Source of the DNA: Ferruginibacter sp.
Lineage (GTDB): Bacteria > Bacteroidota > Bacteroidia > Chitinophagales > Chitinophagaceae
NCBI GenBank assembly: GCA_040006715.1
Contig: JBDTWL010000011.1
Location: forward strand, 3,728 to 67,727
DNA length: 64,000 bases
Reading direction: 5' to 3'
Part shown: positions 59,009 through 64,000 of the stretch, piece after piece
How the letters are laid out: each line of letters starts with the position of its first letter
How positions within the stretch are numbered: position 1 is the stretch's first letter
Notes under the pieces: generated by a model
The model's database searches: none
Seen by the model: the letters and a program-made list of their open reading frames with translations, nothing else
Told to the model about the DNA's origin: nothing
Made by a program: the position numbers and the translations under genes

Positions 59009-59869
59009 ATGAATAATGAATTTTATATAGGATGGTTGCCAAAAGCACCTGGTGGTTTTGCAAAACACATTAAAAAAGTATTGCTGGCACTTTTACCTGT
59101 CATGATAATTGTTGGAATAACACTGGCATTACTGCAAAAGAAATTCGACACAGGGAATTTTGAATTCGGCAAACTAACAGAAGTAAAAGGAATATATTTT
59201 AATAAGCCCGTTCCAATGATCAAAGTGGTCAATGGTAAAGATATCTGGGGAAATATTTCTTACCTGGGTATTCCCCTCGTTGGATATGGCAAGCATGGAG
59301 CTGAAGGCATCATGATGGAGCTTGAAAAAGAAAAGAATATTTCTCTTACACAAAAAGAGATCACATTGAAAGGCACCCTTATCTACAATGATGGCAAGAC
59401 GATCATGCAGGTAAATGAAGATGATAACCCTCTAGTTCATGTGGCAGATTCAAAAGCAGCAAATGAATTATTACAACAACAAAAAGACCTGGGTGTTTCA
59501 AAGGTCAAAGGTGAGATCATCGACCCTAAATGTTATTTTGGAGTGATGAAACCCGGTGAGGGCAAGGTTCACAGGGATTGTGCCATCCGTTGTATACTGG
59601 GTGGTATTCCACCGATGATGAAGGTTAGAAATGAAAAAGGAGAAAACAATTATTACCTGGTCGTTGGGCCAAATGGAGAGAATATGAATAATGCTGTACA
59701 GGATTATGTAGGGGAACCGGTGGAAATAGAAGCAAACCTCGTACAATATGACGACTGGATCGTAATGTATGTGAAAAGTGATAAGTTGATCAGCCGTATC
59801 TCTACTCTTGCGCTGTTAAGGAATGAAACAGCTATCATATCCTGTACAATGGGGAACTGCAATAAATAA
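59009..59869 (+). CDS. Membrane-anchored hypothetical protein with a Cys/His motif
   Basis: One TM segment; GEIIDPKCYFGVMKPGEGKVHRDCAIRCILGGIPP. Confidence 0.78.
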   Translation: MNNEFYIGWLPKAPGGFAKHIKKVLLALLPVMIIVGITLALLQKKFDTGNFEFGKLTEVKGIYFNKPVPMIKVVNGKDIWGNISYLGIPLVGYGKHGAEGIMMELEKEKNISLTQKEITLKGTLIYNDGKTIMQVNEDDNPLVHVADSKAANELLQQQKDLGVSKVKGEIIDPKCYFGVMKPGEGKVHRDCAIRCILGGIPPMMKVRNEKGENNYYLVVGPNGENMNNAVQDYVGEPVEIEANLVQYDDWIVMYVKSDKLISRISTLALLRNETAIISCTMGNCNK

Positions 59870-59870
59870 T

Positions 59871-60581
59871 TTATTGACCGTTGTTGTACATTTCTATACT
59901 TTTCATCCTTCTTATGATCGTCTCGGGATTCATATACCTTTCTTTTTCCATCATCTTATTAATATTATCAGCTCCAACCCAGTTTTTATGCTTCAATGCC
60001 TTGCGCACATTGATACTCCAGGCCAATAATTGATATCCAAGTCCATGAGCAATGCAGATACTATCTGTACCGTATTCAAATTTGTCTAAAAATTTTGAAG
60101 AAAGATTTCCGAAACCTACCCTCAAAATGCCTGGCATATTTTTATTGTTAAAATCAACAACATGGCTTATCTCATGCCCTATCACTCCAACCTGTGCATC
60201 AAAGTCAAGCGACCTGAAAAGAATGGGAGATAATTGCTTGATGGTCTTATCACTGATAGTGATCACATATTTCCTGCTGCGCTTATCCAGGAATATACTT
60301 GTCCATGCCGGTCTCGAAGACAAGGGAGTGAGCACATGTTTTATACGGAATTCAATTTTTATGTTGGCCAGTTCGGGGAAGAAACAAAGCGCCAGGAGAA
60401 TGGGCTTTTCGTATTCCGTTGGAATTATCTTATTACTAGCAACCTTGGCCCTGATCAATGAATATACTTCCTCATTCAGGTCAGTTTGGGCAAAAGATCT
60501 CACCGGCACTTGTCCTGAGCAAAAGGAAGAAACAAGTACGAAAAGAAACAGTATGGTACTTTTTATTTTTTTTCTGATCAT
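59871..60581 (-). CDS. Exported hypothetical protein, putative zincin-like metalloprotease
   Basis: Signal peptide, GVIGHEISH (HExxH) and downstream E (FEYGTD); overlaps the CoaB stop by 4 nt. Confidence 0.6.
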   Translation of the reverse strand: MIRKKIKSTILFLFVLVSSFCSGQVPVRSFAQTDLNEEVYSLIRAKVASNKIIPTEYEKPILLALCFFPELANIKIEFRIKHVLTPLSSRPAWTSIFLDKRSRKYVITISDKTIKQLSPILFRSLDFDAQVGVIGHEISHVVDFNNKNMPGILRVGFGNLSSKFLDKFEYGTDSICIAHGLGYQLLAWSINVRKALKHKNWVGADNINKMMEKERYMNPETIIRRMKSIEMYNNGQ

Positions 60582-61288
60582 GCTGTCATTAGACTGGGCA
60601 AGATAATATCAAATTGGTACTGCTGCATCAAAAGGGTTGCCACTTCTTCCACAATATCACGGGCCACCGAAATTTTATCTTTCAATGGGAAATCTGTTTG
60701 TGAAAGATCCTTCTTAATGATGCTGATCTTGTTTGTATCAAACCCAAAGCCTGCCTGGTTGTCATTCATAGAATTCAATACAACCATATCGAAATTCTTT
60801 TTATTCAATTTACCAACAGCATGCTTTACTTCATCATTGGTCTCTAATGCAAAACCAACCGATAATTGCTTTGCAGACTTCACTTTGCCAAATTCATAGG
60901 CAATATCCACGTTCTTTACCATTTTAATGGTAAAAGAAGATTCATCCTTTTTTATTTTATGCTCAGCAATGCTTTCAGGGCGATAATCAGCAACAGCTGC
61001 AGCAAATACAGCTATATCCAGCTGCTCATAAAACATACAGCATGCCAGGTCCATTTCAGAAGCAGTGTCAACTTTAATGATCCTCAGCCTGGGATGTACC
61101 ATATCTATATTAACAGGGCCAGAGACCAATACAACTTCAGCTCCCTGCATTAAAAATTGTTCAGCAATAGCATAACCCATTTTACCGGAAGAATGATTGC
61201 TGATATAGCGAACGGGATCAATAGCCTCCCTGGTAGGGCCGGCCGTGATCAAAACCTTCTTATTTTTTATAATGCATTCCATGATCAT
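60578..61288 (-). CDS. coaB: Stand-alone phosphopantothenate--cysteine ligase (CoaB domain only)
   Basis: ITAGPTREAIDPVRYISNHSSGKMG, AAAVADY, KIKK, VGFALET and KNFDMVVLN motifs; no N-terminal CoaC flavoprotein domain. Confidence 0.88.
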   Translation of the reverse strand: MIMECIIKNKKVLITAGPTREAIDPVRYISNHSSGKMGYAIAEQFLMQGAEVVLVSGPVNIDMVHPRLRIIKVDTASEMDLACCMFYEQLDIAVFAAAVADYRPESIAEHKIKKDESSFTIKMVKNVDIAYEFGKVKSAKQLSVGFALETNDEVKHAVGKLNKKNFDMVVLNSMNDNQAGFGFDTNKISIIKKDLSQTDFPLKDKISVARDIVEEVATLLMQQYQFDIILPSLMTA

Positions 61289-61332
61289 TGGTTATTATAG
61301 GATCAAATCTATTTAATATTGGTATCAGTGAT

Positions 61333-61348
61333 TGTCGGCAACCTTACA
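61333..61348 (-). promoter_or_regulatory. Crp/Fnr-type box upstream of coaB
   Basis: Minus strand TGTAA-GGTTGC-CGACA; canonical TAGATTTG ends at 61304, 29 nt away. Confidence 0.72.
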
Positions 61349-61373
61349 TTCAGAGGTTATTATATCCTACCAT

Positions 61374-61403
61374 AAATAAAAAAATGCTGAGGGTTTCTCA
61401 GCA
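61374..61403 (-). terminator. Rho-independent terminator after the SDR gene
   Basis: TGCTGAG/CTCAGCA hairpin followed by a T-rich run on the minus strand. Confidence 0.7.
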
Positions 61404-61441
61404 GCATTCCTTCAAATCAAAACCAACAATAAAAAACCAAC

Positions 61442-62131
61442 TTATGAATTGTTATATAATTTTATTACAGGTTCTCTTATTACCGAAGCAGTATCAGTAC
61501 AATAAAAACATACGGTGTCTGCAATAGCTCCGGGTTTTATCCATTTGCTGAAATCTGCATCCGGCATGGATCTCCGGTTTGACGGCGTATCGATCGTACC
61601 CGGCACCACTACAGACGTAATTACATTTGTTCCCTTTGCTTCTTCATTCATCAATTCTGCCAGTCGAAAGATCAAGGATTTACCCAGGCTATAAGCAACC
61701 ATTCCTTTCGCATAGCTTGTATCAAGGCCAGGCTTTGAACCTACCAGGAATATTTTTCCATTGCCTTGTTGTATCATTTGTATAAACGCAGGACGCACGA
61801 CATTAAATGCCGTTTCAAAATTCAGTCTATACTGCTTATTTATATCTGATGTCTTTGTTGTTGCAACAGATCCTGTAGCAAATCCTCCTACAGTTGTAAT
61901 AACTACATCAATGGTTTTGTATTTTTCAACAACCATATCAATGAATTTTGCCGAATCTTCCTCGCTCAACAGGTCAACGGTAACTTTTTCAAACCTGTTG
62001 TTATTAATATCCAGTGCAACAGGATCATTTGGAATTACAGTCCCTATAACATTATAACCCGCACTTAAATATTTATTTACGAGTGCAGTTCCCATATTCC
62101 CGGAAGCTCCTGTTATAATTACTGTTTTCAT
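61442..62131 (-). CDS. SDR family oxidoreductase
   Basis: ITGASGNMG, YSLGK (YxxxK) and PGTIDTPSNR motifs. Confidence 0.9.
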   Translation of the reverse strand: MKTVIITGASGNMGTALVNKYLSAGYNVIGTVIPNDPVALDINNNRFEKVTVDLLSEEDSAKFIDMVVEKYKTIDVVITTVGGFATGSVATTKTSDINKQYRLNFETAFNVVRPAFIQMIQQGNGKIFLVGSKPGLDTSYAKGMVAYSLGKSLIFRLAELMNEEAKGTNVITSVVVPGTIDTPSNRRSMPDADFSKWIKPGAIADTVCFYCTDTASVIREPVIKLYNNS

Positions 62132-62166
62132 GTTTAGTTTTTATCTTTTGATCGTAATATGATCTT

Positions 62167-63837
62167 TTATTGCCAGCTAAATTTACCTCCTGTATTTACA
62201 TGAATTTTATATAAACTGCTGTGAGCAGTGAGGTACAATGTTTTTCCATCAGCTCCACCCCATGCCATATTTGCCGGGCGTTCAGGCGTTACGATCTTTC
62301 CCAGGAGTTTTCCTGCTGCATTCAATATCCACAAGCCTCCCGGTGCCGAAACAAATAAATTACCTTCCCTGTCAACCTTAATTCCATCAAGCGCTTCATC
62401 ATCTTCTGTAATATTCCAGTCAAATAATATCTTTCCGTTCTTCAAAGTACCATCCGCCTGTACTTCATACCTCCACAATGTTTTTGTATTGTGTATATCA
62501 CGAATATCCCAGTTGGTTACATAAAAATATTTTTCATCTGGTGAAAATGCCAGGCCATTCGGTCCGCCCAGATCTTTTGATACCACCGTTACTTTTCCAT
62601 CCTTTATCATGAACACCCCTGAATAATCAAGCTCCTTTCTTTTATCATTGAAAAGATCCGGGAGCCCATAAGGAGGATCGGTAAAATAAATGCTGCCATC
62701 AGATCTCAGTACAACATCATTCGGGCTGTTGAATCTTTTTCCGTCGATCTTATCAGCTAAAATTGTTACAGGCCCTTTTTTCTCAATACGGATCACACGC
62801 CTGTTACCATGCTGATCAATGATGAGCCTTCCTTCCTTATCAATTGCAAGGCCATTGCTTCCCGGCTGGCCATATTCGCCAATATCCGCACCGGTATACC
62901 CACTATGGCTCATATATACGGTTACATTATGGTTTGTGGGATTGTACCTGTAGATCGTGTTTGTATTCGGATCACTGAACAATAAGTACCCATCGGGATG
63001 CCATACCGGCCCTTCAGTAAAAGAAAAACCATCTGCTACTTTTTCAACTTTTGTTCCTGCTGGAATAACACTGTTCAATCCTTCATTGATCGTATATATC
63101 CTGCCAATGTCTTTCCATGATGCATTTGAAGGCAATCCATCCTTATAAAAATCAACAACGGCATTTCTTACCCATATATAATTTTCCGGCAGTTTACCAA
63201 TTGTTCCATTGATACCAAGAATGGCTATTGAAAAATGATCTCCTTCTTTTGCATCATTCGTTAAAATGACACGGTTCCTTGAATTGAAGCCTGCAATGAC
63301 ACCATTACCACTCTGCCCGAACCCCTGCATTTGTTTTCCATTCACCCAGATCTCGCTGTAATCGTCCATCACAATTTCAAATACAGCAGTAGTTCCATTG
63401 GTATTTAATTTTCCTATGGTTTGCGGGATGGTAAGTTCCACTTTGTACCACACGAATGACAACAGGCCTGTCCCTTGCCTGCTCTCGAGTTCGGTGGGTT
63501 TAATTTCTTTGAATTCCTTATCAAAATCGGTTGCCCCTGCCTGTGGGTGCAATTGATGTGTTTTTATTGCTGCACCGGTTGGATATAATAGCAAAGGATC
63601 ATTGGTTCCTTTTCCGGGTGCCTTAAAATCCACATCAACAATGTGAGCATTCTGTACATACCATTTGGCTCCTACTAATGCAGCGCCATCCGTCATACGC
63701 AGGTCAGCAATGGCCTGTGGTTTATCAACAGCAAGCTGCCTTGTCTCCTGCGCAAAAACCGCGTACGATAACAATGAAAAGAACAGGATGGCCAAAACCA
63801 TCATGTAAATTTTTAATATGGAATATATTTTGATCAT
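62167..63837 (-). CDS. SMP-30/gluconolactonase/LRE family protein with N-terminal galactose-binding-like domain
   Basis: Signal peptide; WYKVEL..DDYSEIWVNG jelly roll; FTEGPVW, SPND, PNGLAFSPD and DGIKVDREGN motifs. Confidence 0.9.
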   Translation of the reverse strand: MIKIYSILKIYMMVLAILFFSLLSYAVFAQETRQLAVDKPQAIADLRMTDGAALVGAKWYVQNAHIVDVDFKAPGKGTNDPLLLYPTGAAIKTHQLHPQAGATDFDKEFKEIKPTELESRQGTGLLSFVWYKVELTIPQTIGKLNTNGTTAVFEIVMDDYSEIWVNGKQMQGFGQSGNGVIAGFNSRNRVILTNDAKEGDHFSIAILGINGTIGKLPENYIWVRNAVVDFYKDGLPSNASWKDIGRIYTINEGLNSVIPAGTKVEKVADGFSFTEGPVWHPDGYLLFSDPNTNTIYRYNPTNHNVTVYMSHSGYTGADIGEYGQPGSNGLAIDKEGRLIIDQHGNRRVIRIEKKGPVTILADKIDGKRFNSPNDVVLRSDGSIYFTDPPYGLPDLFNDKRKELDYSGVFMIKDGKVTVVSKDLGGPNGLAFSPDEKYFYVTNWDIRDIHNTKTLWRYEVQADGTLKNGKILFDWNITEDDEALDGIKVDREGNLFVSAPGGLWILNAAGKLLGKIVTPERPANMAWGGADGKTLYLTAHSSLYKIHVNTGGKFSWQ

Positions 63838-63939
63838 TATTTTTATTTTTTTACCAACTGTTGTTTTTCAATTATGCATTGTTGTGTCACTCTCTTGTAC
63901 CGCATCGCTATGTTCAACACTCAATATCCAGTTAAGTCA

Positions 63940-64000
63940 TCAATCAATTTTTGCTTTCACCCCCGCATTGGCTATGTCTTCATCCTGTTGTGCACTTGCA
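63940..64000 (-). CDS. 3' end of a probable GlcG/HbpS heme-binding protein (partial, runs off the window)
   Basis: Minus frame reads ASAQQDEDIANAGVKAKID*, resembling the GlcG C-terminal helix; only 19 residues visible. Confidence 0.55.
   Translation of the reverse strand, partial: ASAQQDEDIANAGVKAKID

Noticed and set aside
34107-64000. Regulon region as a mobile genomic island
   Set aside because: No integrase, transposase, att duplication or obvious composition shift is visible; the right boundary lies outside the window.

Overview
Bacteroidota DNA, most likely Chitinophagaceae. This rests on TAnnTTTG -7 promoter boxes, a T9SS type A C-terminal domain, a CHU_C remnant, a DUF5686 barrel and a TonB-dependent barrel. 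About 56 CDSs, 2 tRNAs (Lys-CTT, Gly-CCC), no integrase/transposase and no CRISPR array. The left half (1-34 kb) is mixed core/accessory genes: a metal-uptake operon preceded by a candidate RGPP arrest-peptide leader, a pentameric ligand-gated ion channel homolog next to a 7-CxxCH cytochrome, HipA-like kinase/DUF3037, an exported M16 peptidase and two exported caspase-family proteases. The right half (34-64 kb) appears to be one co-regulated system. A TGTCA-N6-YGACA palindrome sits exactly 29 nt from the end of the -7 box at 9 promoters. The likely binder is the local Crp/Fnr-family regulator (recognition helix SRQSV). That regulator is co-transcribed with a cysteine-free thioredoxin fold from a candidate sigma-54 promoter with tandem upstream dyads. 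The gene for the local PAS/GAF sigma-54 activator itself carries a perfect box, which suggests a positive-feedback loop. Apparent targets: a YHS-DoxX-barrel-DinB-NRDE-ATP-grasp operon, glucose dehydrogenase/GH63/debranching genes, GMC oxidoreductase, aquaporin/VOC, an S8 protease with a glycogen-binding-type domain plus an MsrQ-Rieske module, and a stand-alone CoaB. All family calls are from motif recognition by eye; no database search was run.
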